A DNA stretch of 61,959 nt, the filler included, from Porpidia crustulata (Eukaryota), in NCBI GenBank assembly GCA_964255105.1. It is 6 parts of 6 records of this genome, joined end to end, with 100 filler letters (N's around TTAATTAATTAA, not from the genome) between each part and the next. Parts side by side here need not be neighbours in the genome. Positions count along the whole stretch, not along the records: positions 41,387 to 51,626 come from CAXUWE010000809.1; positions 51,727 to 61,959 come from CAXUWE010000810.1; 4 more parts are not named here. One strand, 5' to 3'. A program made the position numbers and the translations under genes. The notes beneath the pieces were generated by a model. The model saw only the letters and a program-made list of their open reading frames with translations, searched no databases and was not told the origin of the DNA. Of the stretch, positions 46,908 through 59,488 are shown piece after piece (position 1 is the stretch's first letter; the number at the start of each line of letters is the position of its first letter).

Positions 46908-47785
46908 TCTTTGATATAAGATTAGGTTCGTAGTTTGAATTGGTTTTTCCTATGCATCCTCTTATCTGAGATATAACGTCAATGAGGAGGCTCAAGAATT
47001 ATTTAAAGACGTCGCGATCACAACATCATAATTTGCTTATATCTATCAAGTCAAGTATGATAGGCACGCTCTATGCGTGAGGTTGCGGTTTGGAGGGCTA
47101 AATAAGGATCAAGCTAGTCTAAAAGAAGCTAGACAGGACGCCAGAATCTTCCCTTATTCACACTCCAACTTTCACCGTAGCTTTCTCCTTCCTCTTCCCT
47201 TACACCTCACCTCACCTCACTAAACCATCGCGATCAACGCGTCAAGTACACCTTTCGGCACTCGGGACGCTCCTTCTTCAGTTGAGGAGAGTGATCAAGT
47301 ATCCGAAGGTCGCCTGAAATTCGCGGCAAAGGCTGCTCTACAGATAGGTTTGGGTTGAAAAGACAGAATTGCGGAGGTCTCTTCATTGGAACATCGTTGG
47401 CGGCCGTCCTGTCCTGCGCTCCTTGAACCAGAACACGACTTCTTCCTACCCTCGCAACCACTCCATCTACACATCACTCCACACTATCACCACCGTCCGT
47501 CTTCCTTCGTAAAGTCGCAGCTGACATCTCCTATCACTGCCTCCTTTACCTCAAACCTGTCACAACCCAGCATCATCATCCCGAAATCAGTCATATCACC
47601 GTCTTCTTCCGTCACTACACGCACCAGATTACCCGTGTCTACTCCACGATTTCCTGCACCAGCACGTTTTCCTTCGAAACCCCTGGTGTACATAGACGAT
47701 CAATTCAAGAATTAAACTTTGACAAAGTCCCCGTGACGTCCCATATTCGACCCACTTGAAGGAAGATTATTGATCAATAGGCACA

Positions 47786-49376
47786 ATGTCCGTATCGCCT
47801 TCAGCCCTTCAGACTCCTTCAACCAAGCGTCCCCTTGACGATGAGTCTTCGCCATCCGGCCCCACCGACCAGCCGGATGCTAAGCGGCCAGCTTTAGATA
47901 AGGTCGTCAAAGCCGAAGATTCGGAAGATGAGACACTCAAGCCTGAGCCAGTAGAAGCCCCTCTTTCTACTGCTGAAGAAGTTAAGGTCGAGCCTGAAGC
48001 TGCATCCGTGGAGAACGGGGAAGGACACAAGGACACGCAAGGCGATACCCTCGTCCCGGATGCTCCAAATGGGTCTGCACCTTCTGCAGCATCGGTCTTG
48101 GAAACGCAGCCCATCCAATCTACTGGTGGCCAATACGATAGGGCTACATCACACGGGCCGTCACAGCACCAAGGACACCAAGATGAAACCGGCTGGATTC
48201 ACGTTCGTGCGGTCATCTCAAGTGCCGAAGCTGCCACAGTCATCGGAAAGGGTGGCGAGAATGTATCCCTGATCCGTCGCTTCTCTGGGGCAAAATGTAC
48301 CGTCAGCGATTACTCCAGGGGCGCAGTTGAAAGAGTTCTAACTGTTAGTGGTCTGGTGGATGCAGTTGCAAAAGTATGCCCTTTTTTTCTTCTAGGGATG
48401 TACTACACATAGCTAATAGCCTCAGGCCTTCGGTCTTATAATTCGAACACTTAATAATGAACCTCTAGAAGCAGCTTCAACATCGCAATCTAAGACTTAC
48501 CCGCTTCGCTTGCTTGTTCCTCATATTCTGATTGGGTCCATAATTGGAAAGTCTGGTGTTCGCATCCGCGAAATCCAAGAGGCCTCTGGGGCTCGCCTTA
48601 ACGCTTCTGATTCATGCCTACCCCTGTCTACTGAGCGATCACTGGTGGTATTAGGCGTAGCAGACGCCGTCCACATAGCTACGTATTACGTTGGGCAGAC
48701 ATTGGTAGAACAACTGACCGAACGATTTGGTGGGCCAGCAGCTTCAGCATATGCTACTCGTAGTGGCGGACCTGCAGGAGTCGTTCCAGGTGGGATGCAG
48801 GTTGTCCCATATGTGCCGCAACCTGCTGGCGGCCAGTACGGCCATCCTGACAACTACAAGCGGCATAACAATCAACCCCAACGAACACCAGCTAATCCTT
48901 ACGGTGGATATATCCATGGACAACCCCCCCAGCAGCAACCCCAAGCGCCCGTACATTACGGAGGCTCACCTCAACATGGCTATGCCGGTGCTGGGCCACA
49001 CCAGCCTCAACAGCATGGTGGCCACGTCCCTCCAACAAACCATGCTGGGCCACCTAATCAGCCGGTGCAAGGAATGGTGCCGGGCCAGCCTTTGACACAG
49101 CAAATTTTCATACCCAACGATATGGTTGGAGCCATCATCGGAAAAGGAGGAGCGAAAATTAATGAGATAAGGCAACTCAGTGGAAGTGTGATCAAGATTA
49201 ATGAACCTCAAGACAATAGCAACGAGAGATTGGTTACGATCACGGGGACGCAGGAGTGCAACCAGATGGCTCTCTACATGCTTTATTCCCGACTCGGTGC
49301 GTAATACATATCCGGATTTTCCGCTAAGCTGTTGATGCTAACAAATTACTTAGAGAGTGAAAAGCATCGGATCTAA
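47786..49376 (+). CDS. Triple KH-domain RNA-binding protein (Rnc1/Hek2/Pbp2-like), 3 exons
   Basis: Three GxxG loops (VIGKGGENV, IIGKSGVRIREIQ, IIGKGGAKINEIRQ); last exon ...ESEKHRI with TAA at 49374-49376. Confidence 0.92.
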
Positions 49377-50032
49377 AGCAAGTGAAGGGTCGGTTCAAAG
49401 TTTCCATGCTGGCGATGTGTGACTTGAAAGTCTACTTACCACGTTCATCGTGTAGTCTTAACATTGCGCAATGAAGGGCATTGCTGAAATTTGTGCAGAG
49501 GCACTTCTCTAGGTGTGTTATCGGACATTCTTCCGATGACCTGTGTCTGAGTGTGACGTCTCAAACCGTCACGACGTGCTGTTCACGGCCAACATCTTTA
49601 GCGATAACAAGCGAAAACAGCCAAGACAACACTACACGTGAAGCCTTTTCGGAACTTTTCTTTCCACTTAGTCGTGTCCAGCAATGCGCAGCTGTCGCAA
49701 ACTTCTTCAACAGTTCTCTACAAATGACACACCTGTTTTCTTTGTGTCTGCGTTCACACCATGTTTTTGCAGGCAGTCATGTCAAAGCTTGCTGTTCACA
49801 ACACCCCATTTTACTTCTTGCTCAGATTTCTATGGAATTTGGGGAGATATCCGCCAACACATATGAGGCCCCGATGAAGCTCTCACGATGACTCTGCGTT
49901 CGATAACACCATTCATGGCTCCACGCGAACGTTTGTCGCACCATAGATCGCATAGCACCTTCCTCACCTTCAAATCCCCCACTCATATTGTCCTGACCAT
50001 CCAACCTCCACACAAGAAGCTCTACATCCAAG

Positions 50033-50909
50033 ATGCCGGGCACCACAACCAACGACAACAATCCTAGACCTAGACATTCCCCTCCTATGACCTCCCCTTT
50101 ATCCTCATCAAAACTCCTGCCTAATCCCCCTATACGGAATCTTTTCAAGACCATCGTTACCGTCTCCGTTGGCTGCGACCGACACCATTTCTATGTTCAT
50201 TTGGAATCCTTATGCGCCGCCTCGCCCTTCTTCGCCGCCGCCTTTAACAAAACTTACAACTTCGCCGAATCAAGCTCCGCGACAATCCATCTCCCGGAGG
50301 CACGCCCGGAAGACTTTGAATATTTCGTCCAGTGGCTGTATACGCATACTCTTAATCACGAAGGGCTTGTGGGATCGCACCCGGCGTACTTCCGGCTGCT
50401 GAGGTTGTACATACTGGCCGATGCGATCGCAGTGACGGGCTTGAAGAACGACATCGTGGATGCGATCGCGGCATTGGCGGATAGCTCGAATACCGTGCCG
50501 ACGGCGGAGGACACGAGGACGATATATAGCGAGATATCTGAGACGAGTCCGTTGAGAAGGTTGATCGTCGATCTCTTCTATTGGAAGAAGACGGATAATC
50601 TTATCGAAACGCATCCGGATAGCTGGTATGTAATTTTTTTATTTCCCTTTGGCTCCAAGGACCTGGTTTCTTGTTTTCTTGAGGACTGACTAGCACCTCT
50701 GTGTAAATAGGGATGAGCGCTTCCTTCGAGAACTCGTTGCAAAGTTGAAGCGTAAAGAGTCCCAGGAGCCTGCGTTCCCGTGGAGATCCGGGTCGAAAAA
50801 GTGTGAGCTTTATCATGAGCACGAAAAGGACTCCCGGTGTCAATGCCTTGCAACGGATAGGTCAATACATTGTCCAACACATGGGTGGATAAATCTAATC
50901 ATTTCCTAG
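50033..50909 (+). CDS. Fungal BTB/POZ-domain protein, 2 exons
   Basis: IVTVSVG...FYVHLESLCAASPFFAAAF...F.ES...IHLPE..PEDFEYFVQWLY, LYILAD and SPLRRLIVD; second exon ends with C-x-x-YHEH. Confidence 0.85.
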
Positions 50910-51093
50910 CGAGCACGAACCTCCGGTGTATATACCACGGCCACCGCCTGGGGTTCAATCATCCTGAGTAAAGGAACTAAGCTATGTCCTGGCTTGGAGA
51001 GTGTCTGATTAGCATTCCGGCGTCTGGATTTCGCAAGTGGCGGTATTGGAAATCCGTCAAATAAGTCTAGTGTGTGTATCGGTGTATCTATTC

Positions 51094-51626
51094 TTATATT
51101 TCCTGAAACTTGACATGGTGCATCTCGCTCCCCTTGATTCCGCTGCCTAGTGATCCAACACTCTCTTGGTACGCCGGATGCTTCCTAAATTCCATATGCG
51201 CCTCTATACTTTCCCACCCGATGACCCCCGTCACAGCCTTTGCTTTTCCTTCTATGCTTTCGTGTTCTAGCTCTTCGACGATCCAGCCGGCAGAAGCTCC
51301 TTTGTAGCCTTCGCCAGCGTGGTCTTCGAGGACTTTGATGAGCTTCTTCAGGTTCTTGTCCCACGAATTCATATCCGACTCGGACATGTCGCCAGCGAAA
51401 TAAAAGGTCATTCGTTCGGTGATTGGGGCACGGCTGAGGGCTGCTGCCGGGGGATGAGGATCGAAGTGCGCATGGTGCAATGAGACGCCGCCGTCCAGGA
51501 TTGTCATGAAGTTTTTTGTAAAGGGGCCGTACTCAGGACTGGCGATGAAGTCCTTGTGGGCTTGCACGGAATCCCAATCTAGACAGGTGGGGCGCATTAG
51601 CTGGCGCTGCTAGGGTTGGTTTGGGG
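51094..51626 (-). CDS. Dimeric alpha/beta-barrel (ABM-like) protein, last exon only (5' part lost at contig end)
   Basis: Two W-x-S-x-x-A-H repeats: WDSVQAHKDFIASPEY and IGWESIEAHMEFRKHPAY. Confidence 0.8.
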
Positions 51627-51726
51627 NNNNNNNNNNNNNNNNNNNNNNNNNNNNNNNNNNNNNNNNNNNNTTAATTAATTAANNNNNNNNNNNNNNNNNN
51701 NNNNNNNNNNNNNNNNNNNNNNNNNN
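51627..51726. other. Artificial contig spacer (N44-TTAATTAATTAA-N44)
   Basis: Identical 100-bp linker. Confidence 0.98.
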
Positions 51727-51844
51727 CAATTCCTATATCCAATAATCTCCTCCAGCAAACAAAAAGTAAAAAGGAGTTTATTATAGTGGTTCTGTCAATT
51801 GATTTGAGGATTTTTTCTGCGCTAGAGGAAGTTGGATTAGGATA

Positions 51845-51913
51845 AAGGAGGCAGAGGAGGTAGAGAAGGTAGAGGAGATAGAGGAGGCAGAGGAGGTAGA
51901 GGGGGCAGAGGAG
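51845..51913. repeat. Purine-rich degenerate 9-bp tandem repeat (AGAGGAGGY)n
   Basis: aggaggcagaggaggtagagaaggtagaggagatagaggaggcagaggaggtagagggggcagagga read directly. Confidence 0.8.
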
Positions 51914-52774
51914 GGTTGGTTGGTTATGGGGTGTTGATGTTGATATTGGCGAGTGAAAGAGGATGGGGGAGGGTGTACGAGCAACAAAACCCCCCCACGC
52001 AAAACCCGAAAAAATCCATCTCCACGATGCCGCGCGCGAACATAAAAATTACAGCTTCATCCCTATCAATCGCAAAAGCTAGCCCCGAGTCGGAAAGACC
52101 CGTTTTGGGGCATCGTGATGGCTCGTGTACATCATATCTAGCATAGCATATCTAGGTATCCTTTTGAGATTAATGTAGATATTCTAGATGGTTAGATACT
52201 CTAACGCAAAAATGATGGAAAATTCCTGAAGCTCACTTTAAACAATCGAAAACCATTTATTTTGAAACGAAAAAACGAAAGAGTAAATGGTCTAAAAAGA
52301 AAAGGGATGAAGAATGGAGAGCGTGGTTTCTTTGGGTTGATGCAATACGGATGAAAAAACTAATCATTGTTTCGTAGTGATGGCTGAGATAGGAGAGTCG
52401 GACGTGACATGCTTTACTTTTTCGTAGCGTTGAGGTTCTGGAATGGGAATATGGTGTGTGCACAAATGTAGCGAGATAGTTGAACATTATTGGCAAAAAA
52501 GAGTGTGTTTTAGATTGCGCTCACAAGGTCATATAGCCCGAGAGTTACTGAATGCGCGGTTTTGATGGCGTATCGTTCCGTGACCCTCTCTGGGGCCAAC
52601 TAGTCGATTACTCTATGGGTATCAGATCGCAGGACACCTACATTTCAATAAGAACAAACAAACCAAAACAAACCACCCAACCCTCCCCATGTATTTTAAA
52701 TGCCACCCATCAACCATATATCCCTGCCACCAATAAACCTCAAACCAAAGACCTTCATTAAACCCCCCGGGATA

Positions 52775-55700
52775 TCATTGCGTGACCGCCCTGATCCCTT
52801 GCAGCACCAACGCAAACATCAGCCCCCGCGCCACCCGCTCCACCTGCAAACAATCAAAAACCCGTCCCAACGCCTCCCCGCTCGCCGCCGCGCCCATCAC
52901 GCTCGTGAGCGCCTGTGGCATCCCGCGCTCCACGAGCAACTTCCGCGCCTTCACCCGAAGGCTAGCCTTTTCCTCCGCGGTCGGCGGCGGCGGCGAGGTT
53001 TTGAGTTCCTCTTCGGTGGGGAGGGTATTTTCGCGCAGCTTAATGATGTGGGACGCGATGCCGGCGTCCGAGGTGTTGGCGTCGATGAGGCTGCGTTGCA
53101 GGAGGAGGCGGATGGCGTCGAGGTTGGGGTTGCCGGGGCGGAGGAGGAAGGATTTTGCGGCGTTGAGGAGGGTGCGGCGGATGTTCCAGGCGGAGGAGAG
53201 GGTGTAGAGTTCGTTGATGACGGCGAAGAAGAGCTCGACGGCGACTTGGGTTTCTTTTTCCGATAAGGGGTCCGGTGGTGCAAGGCGCTTTTCGGGGAGG
53301 GAGGGTGCCGTAGAGTGGTCTGAAGACTTTGTTGGTGAAGATATACTTTTCTGCTCAGGCGGATGAGTAGTTTCGGGGAGAGTGCGTATAGGGTGGAAGG
53401 TAGATTGATTTTCAGAGGCTGACAAGGCAAACGACTCTTGAGAGACGTTATAATCGTCGGATATCTCACTTGGTGGAGGAGGTAAATGAAGTTCGTTTTC
53501 TCTTTTCGGAGTGGTTGGTACAATCGTTTCACCAATACCATTAGACTTTTGTTCTTCGATAGAACTGCGATATGTATGGTCCAGAGCAGATTGAAATTCC
53601 ATAGAGGGCCTAGAGGGTACTTCATGCTGCTCAGATCGGGTCTGGTCAGGTCGGACAGGCAGAGGAGGTGCTCTCATGGAATTTGGGGACGTATCGGGCT
53701 CATTGCGGGAGGTGTCTACGGATTCCCGACTTCTCAGGGGGCTTGTCGCTGTATGGCTGTTACTGTCGATCCTGGAAAGGTGTGTATCTGAGCGTTGAGC
53801 CGGTTTATCCTGGTTCCCTGAACCTTGTTTCTTCTGTCCCAAAGATCCTACACTACCAAGCACCCCCGAAACACCACCCACTATAACTTTACCACCTCCA
53901 GCAACCCCTCTCGGCGCACTAACAAGAACGTCAAGCATTCCCTTGCCCATTGTTTCAAACGCAGCTGGGCTGGGAAATCCGAAGCTACCTTTACCCATAC
54001 CGGGCGATGACTTTCCCAGCCCTTGGTCCTTTTCGAGAAATCGTTTCATGCCCTCACTTTCTGCAAGCCTTTCAAAGGATAGCGCATTGCGGAGGTAGCG
54101 CTCTAGATCAACACGCAAATCGCCTTTTGATCGATTTTTCCATCTTGGGATTGACGCATATCTTTCGGTGAAAGCGGCTACTCCAGAAACAACAGATATC
54201 CTGCGTAAGACCTCATGAAGGGTTTCAAAATCGGCGTACTTCCGGGCTATCATCCAGCCTGGATGTTGAATCGTTGCAGGTTCTATCTGTAGTAGATACT
54301 CCACGGTTGGCTTTGTTCTTATTGTGCCTCTTTCGCCAGGTGAAGAATCATCAAATATAGAAATAACAGCATTATAAAGCGTCAAGGGCGGGACTGTAGT
54401 AGATCGTGATAGTGCGGTGTTGCTTTGCAGAACCGTGGGTTGGTTTACTGGCATAATCTGATCAAAACTCGTAAAACTAGGAACACTAGAATCCACCGAG
54501 TTAAGCGACGTGGGTACTTCTTCGCCCTCTCCACTGAGTCTCGTGGGTGAATTATAATTATCTGCAGCAGGATCGCTTTGGGAAGACGTAGGGGTTCCTC
54601 TTCCTGCTGTTGTCAAACCCGATGATACGCTATCGTCATACGTTTTATTCTTTCGTTCATCTTCCGCAGCCATCAACTCACTGAGCCGCTTCGCTTCTTG
54701 CATGGCTTCTTCCATAGCGTCCTCGGCTCTGCTGAGAGTTCGCTTATGATCGGTCTTTGGTTGCGGCTCAGGAGTACCTCCGCTCGCGGACATCCCTGGT
54801 CCTATAGGGCGTTCATCAACGATAGACTGATATGGTCTTTTCATTTGCCCATTTGCTGCCGCGACACCTACGCCTGTATCGATGGCATCTATTAGCTCCG
54901 TATCGGCCTCTTCGAGTAGATAGATTATCCAGCCATTGATCCATTCGGGTTTTGAACAGCTTTGAACTGTCATCTCAAGAACCAATCCGGCTAGTACCTC
55001 CCGGAGGAAGGCTCTTACTGGCTCGCAATTATATGCTTTGAATTCTAGGAAATTCTGCAGTATGTCTTCTGCCACAGCCTTAAGCTTCTTCTCCTGCTGC
55101 GTATAGTCGACAACGTTGGCAAGGCTACTCTCCGGATTTGCGTCTAGATATTGGGACAGCGCAGCCACGGGTTCCTGACCGAATGATTCGGGACTCATCA
55201 GCGCACTGGAGAGCTCACTAAGAAAAACTATGACGATGGAAGAAGAATTTGTTAGGAAGTCTAAGAAGGTGTCTGCGGGTCGTTTGCGGGATAACTGCGA
55301 GGATATGGAAAGGAGGAAACCTGTCAAAGTTTGTCGACAAGCAATAGGAAATGAAAGCTCCTTTGGCAATACTGGCACATACCACCACCTTAAGAAATTA
55401 GCACAGCGCCCATGCATTTTTTATCCACGACCATACTTTACATAGTCACGGATAACAGCGTCTGTGAGACCATCCAAAGCAGTTGCTGTCGCGGATCGGA
55501 AGCCCGAGAAATCCAGCTCCTTCCGAGCAAAGGCTTTATCATTGGTATCTTGAGAGACAGTTCTAACCTGCCTGCTCTGTCCTTGCTGCTCAGATTGCCA
55601 GTTCAAAACGCGCTCCACCACCCTTAAGCTTGTTTCTCTCCTTCCAGTAGGTGATGAGCCCTCGGTACGACCATTCGCCTGGTTATGAACAATCTCTTCC

Positions 55701-56008
55701 CATGCAGCATGCAGTATTGCGCCTCCAATGATGCCGATGATGACCAGCCCGACTCTCCCGAGGACAAAGTAGATGATCGAAGCTAAGCCGACTGCACAAG
55801 CTCCTAGCGTTTCATTATTTGCAGCCGAGAAGAATCGCAGGACTCTGTCAGTGAGGTCTTCCACCTTAGCAGGCTTCATGGCGCCGTTGCCAACATGAGG
55901 GAGCCCAGAGGCCTCCGAATTGGCGTTCGTTCCAGTCTGGGGAGAAGCTGATCTGTCCTTCCCCATTTCCGTAGCTTCTTGAGGGTCGTGGGAATTGTGA
56001 TATACCAT
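52775..56008 (-). CDS. PXA-PX-(nexin C) sorting-nexin-family protein, 2 exons
   Basis: N-terminal TM pair; PXA motif LTDAVIRDYV-KWWY; PX motif YLLQIEP...GWMIARKYADFETLHEVL...MKRFLE; C-terminal MPQALTSVMGAAASGEALGRVFDCLQ; start may instead be the ATG at 55966. Confidence 0.88.
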
Positions 56009-56254
56009 AATTTCTTAGAATCATTTTATAACATCCACTAGTTAGTGCTTTTCCAAGCCAGGACTGTTGTGTAGACACTCAAACACTTAGGTCAATCAAA
56101 TCTTTAATGTCCAGTCCGCAACGTACCCGGAATACTAGCGCCAACGGCGAATCTTAAGCGCCGGGATTTATTTAAAGTTATCACCGAAGCCAATCACTAT
56201 CAGGATCAAATACTTAGTGGTTGACCGAAAGAACTCTTCAACTAAATCTGCAAT

Positions 56255-57088
56255 ATGAACTGTGTAGCGTGCCAAAAGCCTTTGACACTAGAAATTGTGC
56301 TAGAAGTGGAACAAGAGAGAGATGAAGAAAATGTTAGTGAGGATACCAAGACCTGCACTGTTCCTGACTCGGTTGAAATGCAATGTGGGTGTCTTTTCCA
56401 CTGGTTTGTATTCGAATAGAACATAGATAGGAGCAAGTCAATAGGACTGACTCGCCTGAGTTAACCCAGGCAATGCCTTGTGAACGCTTATTCGATGACT
56501 GAATGTCCTAGCTGTGGGCGCGAACTCTCACTTGTTGGACCATCTGGTGAACAAAAAATTCTTTGCAATTTGAACAACGAAGGGGGTCTACAAGTTGGCC
56601 TCGACATACTACCCTTGCTTACCGAGGAAAGTTATTTGAAAGCCTATCCAGAAGAGCGCCGTTGCAGGGCGTTTCTCGAATTCTGTGCAGAAGGTGACGT
56701 CGATGCAATGGTCAATCTTCTTGACGATGATGAAGATAAGATTGATGATGGCAGTGAAGATTCGGTGTTGAAGATAGATGTCTTGAGGTATCAAGATCCA
56801 ATGGGATCAATGAATTCAGGGTTGCATGCCGCGATACTCAAAGGGAGGGAAGAGATTGTATGGCTTCTGCTATTGCTTGCTTCAAAACTCGAGATGAAAC
56901 AATTTCCACCGGAGGTTCTCCAACGTGCAGAGACATTAGATATTGCAAGAGAAGATCAAGCAGAGAAAGTGGATATATGTTCTTTGAGAGACTTTGAGGG
57001 CATGACAGCTGAGCAGCGTGCTAAAGAAATCGGAGGGGTGTGGAAAGTCTGGGTAGATTCCGGAAGATTGAACATGGGGACGTCTTAG
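56255..57088 (+). CDS. RING-like zinc-finger protein with an ankyrin-like C-terminal region, 2 exons
   Basis: Spliced MNCVACQKPL...VEMQCGCLFHW-QCL...ECPSC; later AFLEFCAEGDVDAMVNLL and SGLHAAILKGREEIVWLLL. Confidence 0.78.
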
Positions 57089-57433
57089 TAATATGGCAAT
57101 CTTTGTATCATATCGATGAGAGAACGGGTGATGATCTGAATATCATTGGCTTCTGAACGTCTTGTCTTCCTCAATAAATAGCAAATCAATCTGAATGGTA
57201 TGAACCAAATTTGAAGAGCTGTAAAACAAAGATCTGTGCTCATCCGAATTGTCTAAACGTCATCGCCTTGAAGCTGGGAAAGACATCCAAAGCGTAAGGA
57301 TGGCAAGCAATATTCGCAATCCGAGTGAAGTCTGACGCTATTGGTATAGTGCGTGAGACGCAAAGAAGAATGCGTAGGATCTGAGAATGGGCCTAATGGA
57401 GGGACCAAAAGCATCTCTGACGGCCAGCAGCCA

Positions 57434-57871
57434 TCACCTGACGTATTTAGTATGAGTTCCTGTGCTGATGATACTTCTGCCTTCGCCAGCGTGTCGAATC
57501 TCCACCGTCGTAAAGGCCAAACTCGCTCCTACTTTGCTTGCACGAGCCTCAACCTCAATCATATCACCCTCTTTGGCAGTAGAGACGTAGGTGGTGTGAA
57601 TGTCCGTGGATACGCCAGTCTTCTCCAGACCCACAGTAGCGATTGCCATCCCACCAGCCCAATCTGTGAGACACGCCGAGACAGTACCATGCAAGGTTCC
57701 CTTCGAGTTCAGATGTACAGGGAGGATGCGAAGACGAGCTTTCATCAGGCCACTTGTGGCGAAGGAGATTTCAATGTCACTCAAGAGAAAGTTGTAGATT
57801 GGGCTCTTCGACTTAGTCCTGGCCCAGAAGCTTCGTACCAGCTGAAGCTCGGAAGAGCCTTCTTTCTCCAT
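57434..57871 (-). CDS. Hotdog-fold acyl-CoA thioesterase (ACOT13/PaaI family)
   Basis: HLNSKGTLHGTVSACLTD, TGVSTDIHTTYVSTA, KVGASLAFTTVEI and GTHTKY. Confidence 0.9.
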   Translation of the reverse strand: MEKEGSSELQLVRSFWARTKSKSPIYNFLLSDIEISFATSGLMKARLRILPVHLNSKGTLHGTVSACLTDWAGGMAIATVGLEKTGVSTDIHTTYVSTAKEGDMIEVEARASKVGASLAFTTVEIRHAGEGRSIISTGTHTKYVR

Positions 57872-59488
57872 TACCGCTTGTTAGTCAGTAGACGACTGTG
57901 CAAATGTTGATGCTTTGCTAGAATAACCTAATAAGTAGGGTCTGACATCCGGATCTCTAGGAAGGGACTAGCTTTACACTACGGCTCAGGCCTAATTAAA
58001 AGTTTCACCTCGCCTCCCGCAAAATACACACACATCAATCACTATCCATATGACAAATTCAATTCCTATCAAATTTACTACTATATCTACAGAGCACGTA
58101 AACAGCACGCTACCAGACTACGTAGAACCATCAAAAATCTTCTTGAAACAATCTTGAAATCTGAAGTTTGCGATGTAGATTTTCGTGTTCCCAGCGTGTC
58201 ATTTCTACAAGCTTACGATAGGTGGACAGTAAGCTAGATCATCTCATTAGCGTTGGACATGCACGAGTTATTCTTGAATGCTGATTGGAGCACAGTGACG
58301 TTGCAATTGCCCCCGGACTCGGCCCACAGTCAAACAGTCGTCATTTGGATTGTACTGCACATGAGGCAATTCTTCGATGAGCGTGGTCAAACTACGACTG
58401 TGGGAAACCTCATTGCGGATGCTTCTTAATTAGGAGCCACGCGGAGTAGCTTGGAGTAACTGACGCTTGACGAATTCAGAGAAGCTTTGGGATCGGCTGT
58501 CAGGACTCACGTTTTTGGCTGTATAAAGTACGCTCAACGCAAAGAGCAGGAACGAAATGTAAGAGAATTTGAATTTCTTAGCTTGTCCTATCCTCTGATA
58601 TATATTTCTTTAACTCTCAGGCTCGTCGAGTTCAAGAGATTCGCTTTTGATACTATCTGAACCAAATCATATTCACAGGACTTTTACTTGCGACATTTAT
58701 CGAAGTCTACGTACTTGAATCACTACCACGAATCAAAATGTGAAGTTCCCAAATTGCCCTCTTGGTCTTTTTTTGGGTTCGGAAGTTCGTCAAAGACTTT
58801 AGGGCAGGCTAGCGTTTGTTTAGAAGAGAAAACGCAGTGGAACCGAAGTTAATATAGTTAGCATTGATCCGAATAACGGCGCAAACGCACTCCCCTAAGA
58901 TTGAGTGTAAAGGTGCGGCCAAAAGTAGTCTAGACATCCCAATAATAAAGATCCTGCCTCGTTTTCCAAAAACTTGAAAAACCATGACGAATAGTCATTC
59001 GGCTTTTCACGATATAGCTGACACGCTGAGGATGACATTAGGGAGTTACTTTTCAGAAATTCGTCTTGAAATATGAATTTGAGGGGGTGGGTTTGGGGAG
59101 GTGGGTTTGGGGCGTGAACTGTGACCTGTGTACCTGTGTTGTTTTAGTCGATTGGCTAGTGATTGTCAATTGTTGACTGTGAATTCTGCTAGGTAAAGTC
59201 TTGAATCGTAAATCGAAAATCGAACATTCCTTTGATCGATAGACTATGGACTGCACTAGATTTTGACATTTCGTTAAATAGTTTTGATTTTATCCCTGTT
59301 TTTGAATCTAAAACAGGGGTCCCGAATATAATTGGAATACTCCTTCGGAGCAACCTCCGCGTGCTCCGAACCAACGTATCGAGGCGTCTGCGAGTTTGGA
59401 AAAATATGAAGCTACCATTAATGCAATCGATGTCAACACGGTTAACAAGTTGGCCCGCTTTAATATTCTCCGGTTATACCGACCTAGG

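Noticed and set aside
52700..53625. Several long overlapping ORFs at the 3' end of the PX gene
   Set aside because: Alternative-frame and antisense shadows in GC-rich coding sequence
57353..57910. 185-aa + strand ORF
   Set aside because: Antisense shadow of the ACOT13-like thioesterase
58983..59030. Possible C/D-box snoRNA (ATGACGA...CTGA)
   Set aside because: Imperfect C box, very short, no terminal stem and no recognisable rRNA guide
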